From: a virus
Strand: one strand, 5' to 3'
Virus record (IMG/VR): IMGVR_UViG_3300021963_000074
Span: 26,743-90,742 of that record
Length of the DNA: 64,000 nucleotides
The first letter of the stretch is position 1; each line of letters starts with the position of its first letter. The position numbers were made by a program, and so were the translations under genes. Positions 48,645 through 57,267 of this stretch are shown in pieces. The notes below the pieces were generated by a model, which saw only the letters and a program-made list of their open reading frames with translations, was not told where the DNA came from and searched no databases.

Positions 48645-48670
48645 GGGTATAGATATCCTACTTGTATTTA

Positions 48671-50095
48671 TCATTTTTTCAGAGTATTCAGTAGGGCCTT
48701 GAGTTTTGCCCCCTGAACATCAGCTACCACCCGATTGGTAACCGGTTCTATTTCCCCTGTATCTTTGTTAATTGCTTCTGTAACCGTTGATTGGGGCTTT
48801 AATCTACTCATAATATCATTGGGACTTGGGCTAGGCTTATATTTTGCTTGCTGTTCAGCATACCCGTCAGGATCCTCGTCTGTAATACGCATAGTCTCAA
48901 TATTATATTCCAAGTCAATTTTCTGCCCGACGCCTGTCGAACTACGACTTTTCATACATTGAATCTGATATTTCCCGCGCTCACGCATACTACGGCTTGT
49001 AAAGATACCAAATACATTATCTGCTGTGTTAATCTTACTGATACCACCTGCAATATGACTATGATCAAACTCAATTTCTTCAACTGCACTACGATTCAAC
49101 TGACTTGCAGTTACCATGAGAATTCCCAACTCTTTTGCTAAGTTACGCAATTCTTCACTAACATACTTGTCTTTAATAAACTGATCGTTGGGATTGACTT
49201 TGACGCTTACCGGCATGACTAGATCCAAGTAATCAATCATAACAAAGTCAACTTTGATTCCAGTCTGAATCTGTACTTCTTTTAGATATGAACGAATGTC
49301 GTTAACGTTACTTTGTGCGGGTAATCCTTTAACACGATATTGTCCAGATTTTTTGCCTGCCATTTTAACTCTTAATTCAGTTCCGTCAATATCTTTACGG
49401 ATATCTCTAGTACTCATCATAGTCAACATTGCATCAGTTCTTAATGATGTTAATTCTTCACTCAATTCTAAACTGATATAAACTCCGCTGAGTCCCATCT
49501 GCAACCAATTCAATGCGATGTTCATCATAACCAATGATTTACCTGAACCTGAGCCACCTGCAAAGATGTTTAGTTCCCCACGACTAAAGCCACCATACAA
49601 TAGTTTGTCCATCTGTGGCCAGCCCGTACTCTGTTGACCACCTGCATTGAAATATTTGTTGATACGTGCTTTAGGGTCGGCAAAGTAATCTGTACCCATA
49701 TCACGTTGTAAACTGATTTGAACTGCCTCTTTGATTAGTTTTTCAACCGGGCCAAAGTCACCCTTCTCTAACAGATCGGCTGATTTAAGAATCGCCCGTT
49801 CTAGTTCTTGTCTTTTAGTAAATGATTCAAATTCTTCCAAGAACCATTCAGTGTGTTTATCACCAAAATCTTCAATCAATTCAAGTTGTACACTTGTGGT
49901 TGCTTTGATTTGAGTAATGTCCGGTAACAGACTATACTTCTCACTATACTCCTTCATAAACTCTGCCACTTTTCTTAGTGACTTGTCAAAGTTATCCGGA
50001 TTCATTATATTCATAACTCTTGTATACAATTCTGCATTTGTTAGCATCATTTGTAAAAAGAGTCGTTGAATATCTGTATTATATTCCTTTTGCAA
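48671..50095 (-). CDS. Replicative DnaB/gp41-like helicase
   Basis: GGSGSGKS, IDYLDL, TASQLNR and KSRSS motifs. Confidence 0.92.
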   Translation of the reverse strand: MQKEYNTDIQRLFLQMMLTNAELYTRVMNIMNPDNFDKSLRKVAEFMKEYSEKYSLLPDITQIKATTSVQLELIEDFGDKHTEWFLEEFESFTKRQELERAILKSADLLEKGDFGPVEKLIKEAVQISLQRDMGTDYFADPKARINKYFNAGGQQSTGWPQMDKLLYGGFSRGELNIFAGGSGSGKSLVMMNIALNWLQMGLSGVYISLELSEELTSLRTDAMLTMMSTRDIRKDIDGTELRVKMAGKKSGQYRVKGLPAQSNVNDIRSYLKEVQIQTGIKVDFVMIDYLDLVMPVSVKVNPNDQFIKDKYVSEELRNLAKELGILMVTASQLNRSAVEEIEFDHSHIAGGISKINTADNVFGIFTSRSMRERGKYQIQCMKSRSSTGVGQKIDLEYNIETMRITDEDPDGYAEQQAKYKPSPSPNDIMSRLKPQSTVTEAINKDTGEIEPVTNRVVADVQGAKLKALLNTLKK

Positions 50096-51050
50096 TTTTA
50101 CGCCTCTGCATTTCTATTTTTATTTTACTATTTGTTTTATTTTGTATTATACTTAGTAACGTAGGCAGCTTGCCATATCTTATTACTGCGTCATTTACAT
50201 CTTTAATATCAGTATCCCAATTAGGTAAACTGACTTGATATCCCAATTCTAATGCTTTATCACATATCTTTAATCCAGTTGTATCCCTATCCGGCACAAC
50301 AACTATTTGTTTGTTTAGTTGTGACAATAACATAACTTGGTCAGTGCTTATGTCATTATGCATTAATGCAACACCATCAATTGATAATGCGTCAAATATA
50401 CCTTCTGTAACTATACAGACACTCCAATCTTTGTGTTGTTTGTCAATGTTGAATACGTAACCAGGTTGTTGGTCATTAATAAATTTAGGAATCTTATTAT
50501 CAAGATACCTGCTAGTATTCCCTACTATTTCATTTTTATAAGTGTAGGGTATAACAATCCTATTTTTGTTTCTTCCTGAATCATTCGGTGTGACTACAAA
50601 ATAATAGTTCTCTAAATTTATTTTTCTTTTTATAAGATAATCTATATATGTTTTATGATCAGGGTTGCCAACATCTAATAATTCTCCAGGGGGTAAAGTC
50701 TTTGCTTTGAATTCAATTTTATGAAATTGTTTTTTACCACTAAAGTCTAAAAAATCTTTGTGTCGTAGACTATCAAGATTCCATCTTTGTATTTGTTCAG
50801 TATCTACCCCGCACCATAATAAAAATTGTCTTGTTTTTGGGAAGATAGGTTTACCTAATTCAAAACTACAATTAAACCCACAATTAAAACAGTTGTATAA
50901 CCAATGTTGAGGGCCCTCAAATTTAATTCCACCGCGAAATCTAGTATCAGGACGATGCCCATCGTGGATACAACAGATAGCGTTGAAACTTGTCCAACCA
51001 ATAGATGTTTGTCGTTTTTTACCTGGAATTAAACTTAGGATATCGAACAT
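50079..51050 (-). CDS. DNA primase (gp61-like)
   Basis: Zn-binding C..CFNCG, TOPRIM TEGIFD, DRD and KDVND motifs. Confidence 0.88.
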   Translation of the reverse strand: MFDILSLIPGKKRQTSIGWTSFNAICCIHDGHRPDTRFRGGIKFEGPQHWLYNCFNCGFNCSFELGKPIFPKTRQFLLWCGVDTEQIQRWNLDSLRHKDFLDFSGKKQFHKIEFKAKTLPPGELLDVGNPDHKTYIDYLIKRKINLENYYFVVTPNDSGRNKNRIVIPYTYKNEIVGNTSRYLDNKIPKFINDQQPGYVFNIDKQHKDWSVCIVTEGIFDALSIDGVALMHNDISTDQVMLLSQLNKQIVVVPDRDTTGLKICDKALELGYQVSLPNWDTDIKDVNDAVIRYGKLPTLLSIIQNKTNSKIKIEMQRRKIAKGI

Positions 51051-51056
51051 ACTACT

Positions 51057-51085
51057 ATAATAACATAGTATGTAACGTAAGTCAA
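51057..51085 (-). promoter_or_regulatory. Sigma70-type promoter for primase (leaderless), AUG-occluding stem
   Basis: TTGACT-N17-TATTAT, 6 nt to ATG. ACATACTA/TAGTATGT repeat at 51047-51073. Confidence 0.7.
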
Positions 51086-51087
51086 TA

Positions 51088-51834
51088 TTATCTGGCTAAT
51101 AATCCGGTTACATTACCTTGTGTGCTAACAAATTCAACACGCAAATATGGGTGAAACCCTTCCACCGTATATCCTGCTGTCTCAGTAGCATCCAAATAAG
51201 TATAGATATTCCCGATGTTGTACCAATTACTATCAGGAAGTGTGGACCCTTGAACTTGTACAGTACCTGAGTAACCATCTAGGAAAGGTTGAATAGTTAA
51301 TAAACTATTGTTGTTTGTACTCAATACGCTACTAGTGTATGTTACCGTATTGGAACTAGGTATAGCATGACTTGGAATTTCTATATCCATTGCAGGAACA
51401 AAGCTAGGTAAGATGCTATCTACAATTTGTATCACTCCCCTAGCACTGGCTTCACTATTAACAAAGACTGGTAGATCGTATGTCCCGTCATTAATTTCCA
51501 AGCTGTAAAAGCATTGTTGGATATCAATCATCTCTAAATCGCTAGAATTAGTAACTAATTCAGCTATTCCAGTCAATGGCAAGGTAGCGGTTAATGCTTT
51601 GCGAAACAAGATTTCCTTACCGGTATAGTTAATCAATCTAAAAGTAATGTCAAAACTACTAATATCTATGAATTTTTGTTCTTGGTTTAGAAACTGGAAT
51701 TGAATAATGTTATCCACACCCTTGTTTAATGTTAAATTCTTAGCGTACACTATCTGGTACCTCCTGGTAGAATTACCACTGTACAAAACAACAACCTGTC
51801 TTGGCTTGAACTTATAAACATTTGTTGAATACAC
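51088..51834 (-). CDS. Probable virion structural protein
   Basis: GTG start with TATAAATA and AAGGAG, beta-rich. Confidence 0.65.
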   Translation of the reverse strand: MYSTNVYKFKPRQVVVLYSGNSTRRYQIVYAKNLTLNKGVDNIIQFQFLNQEQKFIDISSFDITFRLINYTGKEILFRKALTATLPLTGIAELVTNSSDLEMIDIQQCFYSLEINDGTYDLPVFVNSEASARGVIQIVDSILPSFVPAMDIEIPSHAIPSSNTVTYTSSVLSTNNNSLLTIQPFLDGYSGTVQVQGSTLPDSNWYNIGNIYTYLDATETAGYTVEGFHPYLRVEFVSTQGNVTGLLAR

Positions 51835-51908
51835 AATATGGCTCCTTTATACTATTTATAAAAATATATTGGGTAAAGATAATTGATAAATATTCCGTAA
51901 CAATAATA

Positions 51909-52289
51909 ATGATACATAACGAATTTTTCAAAAAACTAACAGAAAATCATCCTTTTATTACGGTATGTTCCTACGCTGGTCAAGACTATGTAGGTATAGT
52001 GCAAAATAGGGATGATATAGTCACTACAATATATGACTATGGATCTATCATTCATCAAGATTTAAGAGAAAAATTCTTAGAACTAGGCGATATCTGGTGG
52101 TGGGAAAGTAATAGACTGGTACCTATTAATATGTTTCTTAAGGACGACTGGGTCGCTTTCAAACCATATATACGTACATTTAACAATAAAAGTCTTACTA
52201 TCCTACATGGTCCCATATGTAGTATGCTGGAACTCAGCAAGCGTAAAAGTAAACGGAAATCAATTACTTTGGTTAAGCGTATGCTCTGA
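51909..52289 (+). CDS. Hypothetical protein (start revised to 51909)
   Basis: TAAATA upstream, MIHNEFF... Confidence 0.7.
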   Translation: MIHNEFFKKLTENHPFITVCSYAGQDYVGIVQNRDDIVTTIYDYGSIIHQDLREKFLELGDIWWWESNRLVPINMFLKDDWVAFKPYIRTFNNKSLTILHGPICSMLELSKRKSKRKSITLVKRML

Positions 52290-52850
52290 TTCAAGTAAAT
52301 TCATATGCACAACGACCAACTGTGCATAAGCCAAACTATGACTCTTTTTAAAGTGATATCCGTCAGTGCCTTTATCCCATACAGTTTTACTGACTGTTTT
52401 CCAATCTAACCCAATTAAGTGTTTCTTAGCAGGGCGAATAATAGCAAGAAACATAGCAAGTCTAGGTATACTATTGATTGGTTCTGGCATCTTTTGCATA
52501 CTGTTGTAATGATTGCTTAAGTGAATTAATTTCTCTACAAACACTCTATCCTTTAGTCTTTCCCATTTAGGTTCTTGCATTAATTCAGTTAGATGAGCCT
52601 CATCACTAACCTTATCATATACATGAACATTCAACAAGTCTAGTTTGATATACCCACGATTTTCTGCTTCTGTATAATCTAAGTTTGCTATTCCATTGAT
52701 AGCATCGTAGGGGATATCAGTAACATAGATTCCTGTAGCATGTTTGCGTATTGGATTGACTTTACGCATTGCCGCAGGTATATGGTTGATATGTTCTAAT
52801 ATTTTATCTCTGTTACCAAAGTCAATATCAATGTCTGAATTAAATTTCAT
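52260..52850 (-). CDS. DNA polymerase III alpha (DnaE)-like catalytic mini-fragment
   Basis: DIDIDF, KHATGIYV, GYIKLDLL, LAIIRP and GYHFKKSHSLAYA match DnaE motifs in order. Confidence 0.88.
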   Translation of the reverse strand: MKFNSDIDIDFGNRDKILEHINHIPAAMRKVNPIRKHATGIYVTDIPYDAINGIANLDYTEAENRGYIKLDLLNVHVYDKVSDEAHLTELMQEPKWERLKDRVFVEKLIHLSNHYNSMQKMPEPINSIPRLAMFLAIIRPAKKHLIGLDWKTVSKTVWDKGTDGYHFKKSHSLAYAQLVVVHMNLLESEHTLNQSN

Positions 52851-53308
52851 CTGTCTTTATCTGATAATATAGGTTCAATTTCAGTAGGCCATATAATATT
52901 GTATTGATTCCATTTGAAGTTTTCTTCAGCTTCTTTATTGTAAGGAGCGTCAACGATATATTGAACTACTGTTCTATCACTTAATGCCATGTAACCATGT
53001 GCATATTGGGGCGGAATGAATAATCCAGTTGTATCATCTAATTCTACGCCAAACCATTTACCTGTTTCTGGTTCTAGTGCTACATCAAATATTCTTCCTT
53101 GTAATGGCATTACTAATTTACTTTGATTCTGACGATGCATACCGCGAATAACGTTTTGTTTTGATATTGCAGTATTTAATTGACGGAATGTTCCTCTCAT
53201 GCCATCATTACTTGATTTCCATGTCTCATAAAATTGTCCTCTAAAGTCAGAGTTACTTATATGGTACACTACTTGTACACCTGGTAATAGTTCTCCGTAT
53301 GTTTTCAT
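52847..53308 (-). CDS. rmlC: dTDP-4-dehydrorhamnose 3,5-epimerase-like cupin
   Basis: DFRGQFYE, IRGMH and FIPPQYAHGY motifs. Confidence 0.85.
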   Translation of the reverse strand: MKTYGELLPGVQVVYHISNSDFRGQFYETWKSSNDGMRGTFRQLNTAISKQNVIRGMHRQNQSKLVMPLQGRIFDVALEPETGKWFGVELDDTTGLFIPPQYAHGYMALSDRTVVQYIVDAPYNKEAEENFKWNQYNIIWPTEIEPILSDKDR

Positions 53309-53874
53309 TTTTTTGGCTCCACTAATCCTGTTTTAATTAATTTCATATATGCTTGCTGTACTACAACAGCCTGTCGTTCAGCATCTTCTACTGCTTTGTG
53401 ACTTGTAACATGACCACCTGACTTGAGTTTAACACCAGTAATATCATAGATTGTTCTAGTGTCTCTGATGTTCCAGAAACTCCAAGGTGGCAGTTGTTTA
53501 AAGTTACGCCATGCACTTTCCATGACAACAATGTCAAAGCTAGCACCGTTACTCCATACATGACCATTATTGTAACGCCAGCACCATTTGTATAGTGTAT
53601 CCATACAATCACTAAATGATACTCTATCTCTATCACCCAATGCTTCTTCTTGTGCAGCCTCGCTTTGTTCACTCCACCAACGCAATGTATCTTCATTTAT
53701 AGTACGATTGTATAACTCCGTTTGGTCTTCAATCGTAGGACGTAACTCTAGTCTTTCAATAATACCTTGACCTTTAGGGTCAAACAATACTGCGCCGATA
53801 GTAAGTATAACACAGTCTGGACCTGTATCTAAACTCTCAATGTCAATCATTATATCAGCCATTTGTTTTGTCAC
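53305..53874 (-). CDS. DEDDh 3'-5' exonuclease
   Basis: MIDIESL, WSNGASFD, RDTRT and HKAVEDA motifs. Confidence 0.88.
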   Translation of the reverse strand: MTKQMADIMIDIESLDTGPDCVILTIGAVLFDPKGQGIIERLELRPTIEDQTELYNRTINEDTLRWWSEQSEAAQEEALGDRDRVSFSDCMDTLYKWCWRYNNGHVWSNGASFDIVVMESAWRNFKQLPPWSFWNIRDTRTIYDITGVKLKSGGHVTSHKAVEDAERQAVVVQQAYMKLIKTGLVEPKK

Positions 53875-54244
53875 TTAAATATTTTGCTGCCTTCTCTAAT
53901 AATTCAGGATTATCGTTAAAATTCCCACATCCTAAATTGCATTTTCTACACAACCATCCACGAAATGTTTTTTCTTCATGGTTATGATCCATGACCCACG
54001 GTCTACCCTTTTTTCGTAGTGTAGGGTTAATATTTTCATTCAATTGTTCTTCTGTTTGATTGCATATAGGGCATACATGATTATCAGGTATAGGTGGCGC
54101 AGTTTTTGATATTTCTTTTCGTTCTTTGGCTAGTTTACTATCACATAGTTTACAATCAGACCGTAATTTTTTACCACCACTATCATTACCGAAGTCTGAT
54201 AGTGGTTTTATTTCTGTACAACGATTGCATTTTTTACTATTCAT
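53855..54244 (-). CDS. Endonuclease VII-like (His-Me) nuclease
   Basis: CPIC, DHNH...RGWLCRKCN..G.FNDN and KAAKYL motifs. Confidence 0.85.
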   Translation of the reverse strand: MNSKKCNRCTEIKPLSDFGNDSGGKKLRSDCKLCDSKLAKERKEISKTAPPIPDNHVCPICNQTEEQLNENINPTLRKKGRPWVMDHNHEEKTFRGWLCRKCNLGCGNFNDNPELLEKAAKYLSDKTNG

Positions 54245-54609
54245 TGTTTTAACACATGCCATATGTATTTTTGTTCTAATCGTTTGGTGAAGATTTCAAC
54301 ATCATCCATATTGTCAAACACTGCACCGGTAATCTCATCCGGATGTTTTACATTACATGCACGTTGTAGATGTTCTGCTAATAGGTCAGTGTCCAGTGTA
54401 GCTAATAATGTACAACTCATCCATAATACATAACCACTACTCAAATGGATGCCAACCTCCCATGATTTGCTATCTCTAATAATCATATCAAGTAAAATTG
54501 CAGTCTTATCACTATAAACACTTAATCCAGTAATATGCTTATTCCAGGTAACCGAATACCTTCCTTTTGTTGCTACTACTTCACAAAGATTAACGTTTCC
54601 AGAGTTCAT
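54241..54609 (-). CDS. Hypothetical protein
   Basis: 122-aa ORF in a coupled array. Confidence 0.6.
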   Translation of the reverse strand: MNSGNVNLCEVVATKGRYSVTWNKHITGLSVYSDKTAILLDMIIRDSKSWEVGIHLSSGYVLWMSCTLLATLDTDLLAEHLQRACNVKHPDEITGAVFDNMDDVEIFTKRLEQKYIWHVLKQ

Positions 54610-54874
54610 ACATAGTTTTAAATTTATCGTCCCACAACACTATTGTAACATTTCCTGAGGTTAAAAGAAAGTCCCAACCGGCACCTCTTTCACCGAAATT
54701 GCGTCTGCACCATTTTACGATTTCAGTTGGATCTTCTTTTTTACCCTTACAGTCATATACATACTGTACCCTATTATGGCGACCCATATAAGTACGGTCG
54801 ATAATCTCATATTCTATTTCATCTTCTCTGATTGGTAGTGGTACAAATGTACCTGAAGGTTTTGTTATTGCCAT
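54590..54874 (-). CDS. Micro-protein, WC..FG/F.L.W family
   Basis: KWCRRNFG...W...LWDDKFKTMYELW. Confidence 0.7.
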   Translation of the reverse strand: MAITKPSGTFVPLPIREDEIEYEIIDRTYMGRHNRVQYVYDCKGKKEDPTEIVKWCRRNFGERGAGWDFLLTSGNVTIVLWDDKFKTMYELWKR

Positions 54875-55077
54875 TTTAATCCATAATAAGTTGCTAATGA
54901 TTCTTTGTAAAAATAAAAAAGTGCAAAGCTAGGTTTTTCTGGTCCAGTAAATCTATCCTGTATATTGGGATAATATGCAAAATCAAAATCTACACCCTGA
55001 ACATAACCAGCTTCTCGTAATTCATTTGCTCTTTCTATTGCCTTTGCCGCAGATATTTCCAATTTAAGTTTAATCAC
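54865..55077 (-). CDS. Micro-protein, F.L.W family
   Basis: FYFYKESLATYYGLKWQ. Confidence 0.7.
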   Translation of the reverse strand: MIKLKLEISAAKAIERANELREAGYVQGVDFDFAYYPNIQDRFTGPEKPSFALFYFYKESLATYYGLKWQ

Positions 55078-55286
55078 GATGAAAACTTTAATATAAAATA
55101 GGTAGCTAGTTTGTCATCTTCTAATGTTAGTTCCCATGTGCGTTCTTTGTAATTGCGTTTAATTACCCAACCTTGTCCACCAACAGCATTGTGTAGGAAA
55201 AACATCCTAGGACCTATATTTTTCATTAGCCATTGTTCCTGTTTCGGTTGTAGTCCATTAGGGCTAAGAGTTATAGTTACTGCCAT
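55074..55286 (-). CDS. Micro-protein, F.L.W family
   Basis: QWLMKNIG...EDDKLATYFILKF. Confidence 0.7.
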   Translation of the reverse strand: MAVTITLSPNGLQPKQEQWLMKNIGPRMFFLHNAVGGQGWVIKRNYKERTWELTLEDDKLATYFILKFSS

Positions 55287-55528
55287 CTCAATAAAAACCA
55301 CTCAAGGTCTGATTTACGACTGAAATTTATCTCACCTTCATGGATATTGTCTCTCCACCGAAGGTCATGTGTGTTATAATTATATCCTGATTCCCCGTAG
55401 GTTTTATAGCACCATTGAGTGATTTCTAGTTGCTGTTGCACACGGTAGACTTTGAAGGCGGCAACATACCATTTTTCACTATAGGGCCGATTGTTTTTGT
55501 AGGTTTCATATGTATTGATTTGCATCAT
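55277..55528 (-). CDS. Micro-protein, F.L.W family
   Basis: QWCYKTYG...FSRKSDLEWFLLRWQ. Confidence 0.72.
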   Translation of the reverse strand: MMQINTYETYKNNRPYSEKWYVAAFKVYRVQQQLEITQWCYKTYGESGYNYNTHDLRWRDNIHEGEINFSRKSDLEWFLLRWQ

Positions 55529-55830
55529 TGCCACCTCAATAAAAACCATTCGCAATCTTTTTTGTCTCTAAACCAAAACTTAGCATTGTTAGCATACCAA
55601 CGTTCGTTAGCTGTCCACACACCTGGGTTTTCTTTTGTGCCGCTGGGTCCAAATGTATTAACACACCAAGCAACCATTTCGTTCCATTCTCCAGATGATA
55701 TTATAGGCGTAACTTGATGGTAAGGAAAATCAAATGCTATACCTATACCATCATAGTTTACACTACGTATTGCCGCCCAGCCACCATTACTTCCGTATAA
55801 CTTATTAGTCATTTGACGTTTCTTTAACAT
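55525..55830 (-). CDS. Micro-protein, F.L.W family
   Basis: AWCVNTFG...FWFRDKKDCEWFLLRWQ. Confidence 0.72.
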   Translation of the reverse strand: MLKKRQMTNKLYGSNGGWAAIRSVNYDGIGIAFDFPYHQVTPIISSGEWNEMVAWCVNTFGPSGTKENPGVWTANERWYANNAKFWFRDKKDCEWFLLRWQ

Positions 55831-56030
55831 GTTAGTAAATCAAATACTGTTGCGTATTGAACTTCAGGTTCCATATGAAATCCTGTGCCCCATACTAACC
55901 ACACTCTACGCTTGTATGCTTTAGTCCAAAACAACGGCGCACCACTAATACTTCTACGAGGCCAGATAACAACTGTCTCACGCCACGGATAGCAACCTGC
56001 ACCATCAGTAATAATTTGTGTAATATTCAT
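55824..56030 (-). CDS. Small hypothetical protein
   Basis: ATGA-coupled, Trp-rich, lacks the family motif. Confidence 0.62.
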   Translation of the reverse strand: MNITQIITDGAGCYPWRETVVIWPRRSISGAPLFWTKAYKRRVWLVWGTGFHMEPEVQYATVFDLLTC

Positions 56031-56257
56031 ATCCATTTCAATGCAAAAATTGTTGCGTCTTTGTGGTCACTAAATTTGAATTCAGCGTGATCCCAATCGG
56101 TGTTCACACTCCAACTACCCTTGCATTTTTTCTTACACCACTTTACTGCGCTATATACCTTTTCATCATGTTCAAAGTATCGTTGTTGCTGATCGGTGCG
56201 AATAATGATATTATAAAGGTGCTCACGTTTTGATTTGCGTCTTTGCTTGCTGTTCAT
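56027..56257 (-). CDS. Micro-protein, F.L.W family
   Basis: KWCKKKCKG.W...FKFSDHKDATIFALKWI. Confidence 0.72.
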   Translation of the reverse strand: MNSKQRRKSKREHLYNIIIRTDQQQRYFEHDEKVYSAVKWCKKKCKGSWSVNTDWDHAEFKFSDHKDATIFALKWI

Positions 56258-56571
56258 CGCACTAACTCTTTAATCATGTTGTACTTGTCAACTGCATCTT
56301 GCACGTTTTTCCAAGCATCAATTTCTGCTACAGTAGGTCTTGTAAGTTGATAATTATCCGGATCATGTTCAGGTAAAATTGACCAAATGCTTACTTGAAT
56401 AGTATATGAATGGGTTGCTATAGATTCTCTCCACACTTTGTGATACTCACTCCAATAATATAAACCAAACCCCTCACTATCATCCCCTAATGTTGACATT
56501 TTATATGCTAGGTAATATCCTGTTTGCTTAGGAATACTATCATTTACATGTTTCCATATAGTTGTAATCAT
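56254..56571 (-). CDS. Hypothetical protein (DUF551-like pattern)
   Basis: W..V.D..P....YL...V..W..LP. Confidence 0.6.
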   Translation of the reverse strand: MITTIWKHVNDSIPKQTGYYLAYKMSTLGDDSEGFGLYYWSEYHKVWRESIATHSYTIQVSIWSILPEHDPDNYQLTRPTVAEIDAWKNVQDAVDKYNMIKELVR

Positions 56572-56774
56572 GCCCACCTCAATGCAAATAATGTAGCATC
56601 TTTACCGTCTTTGAAATAGAAATGAGTTTCATCATAAATATAAACCATGTTCCAACGACCTTTATACTGACCACACTTTTCAAACACCCATCTTTCAATT
56701 TCTGGACTAATTCGTGATTCATCTTTGTGTATCACTATTCTATGCGGCCATAAGTCTTTGTTAAGTATTCTCAT
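56568..56774 (-). CDS. Micro-protein, F.L.W family
   Basis: RWVFEKCG...FYFKDGKDATLFALRWA. Confidence 0.72.
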   Translation of the reverse strand: MRILNKDLWPHRIVIHKDESRISPEIERWVFEKCGQYKGRWNMVYIYDETHFYFKDGKDATLFALRWA

Positions 56775-57031
56775 ATCCACCTCAAGATAAACCATTCGGC
56801 TTCTCTTATATCTTCAAATACATAGAAAGAATTTAATCTGCGCCATTTGCCAGGACAGTTTTCCATCAACCAATGAGTTACGTCAACTGCATGGTAGTTA
56901 TCTTTATAAGAGAATTCCACAGATGTCCAGCCTATATCCTTTAATAAATCTACCATGATGCCTTCATCTATTTCTTTAGCTATATCTTTAGCTATCATGT
57001 CTGCTATTTCATCTTCTAGTGGCATTGTCAT
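56771..57031 (-). CDS. Micro-protein, F.L.W family
   Basis: HWLMENCPG.W...FEDIREAEWFILRWI. Confidence 0.72.
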   Translation of the reverse strand: MTMPLEDEIADMIAKDIAKEIDEGIMVDLLKDIGWTSVEFSYKDNYHAVDVTHWLMENCPGKWRRLNSFYVFEDIREAEWFILRWI

Positions 57032-57267
57032 CCCCATCTTAATTCAAAATGAATAGCGTCACGTTCATCATAGAAGTAGAATTCCATATTATCTTCTGCA
57101 GGATGCCATTCAAATCTAGTTCCCGGCAACCCAAACTGTTCAATTGCCCATATGCATATTTCATCCCATATAGGAATATCAGCACGACCCTGAGTCCAAC
57201 CAAGTACTACTTTAGTAACCGGCTTGTTTAAGGGTGTCTGTAATTTGTTTTTTAAGTTCTGGTTCAC
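57028..57267 (-). CDS. Micro-protein, F.L.W family (start uncertain)
   Basis: IWAIEQFG...FYFYDERDAIHFELRWG. Confidence 0.65.
   Translation of the reverse strand: MNQNLKNKLQTPLNKPVTKVVLGWTQGRADIPIWDEICIWAIEQFGLPGTRFEWHPAEDNMEFYFYDERDAIHFELRWG

Noticed and set aside
9791-52850. Split-intein DnaE or pseudogene remnants
   Set aside because: Neither half carries intein motifs. Both ORFs are intact with expression signals and precise motif retention, which argues against decay.
54590-57267. Diversity-generating retroelement or integron as the source of the micro-gene array
   Set aside because: No reverse transcriptase or integrase in the window, no long template/variable repeat pair with adenine-specific mismatches, and no intergenic attC-like sites.
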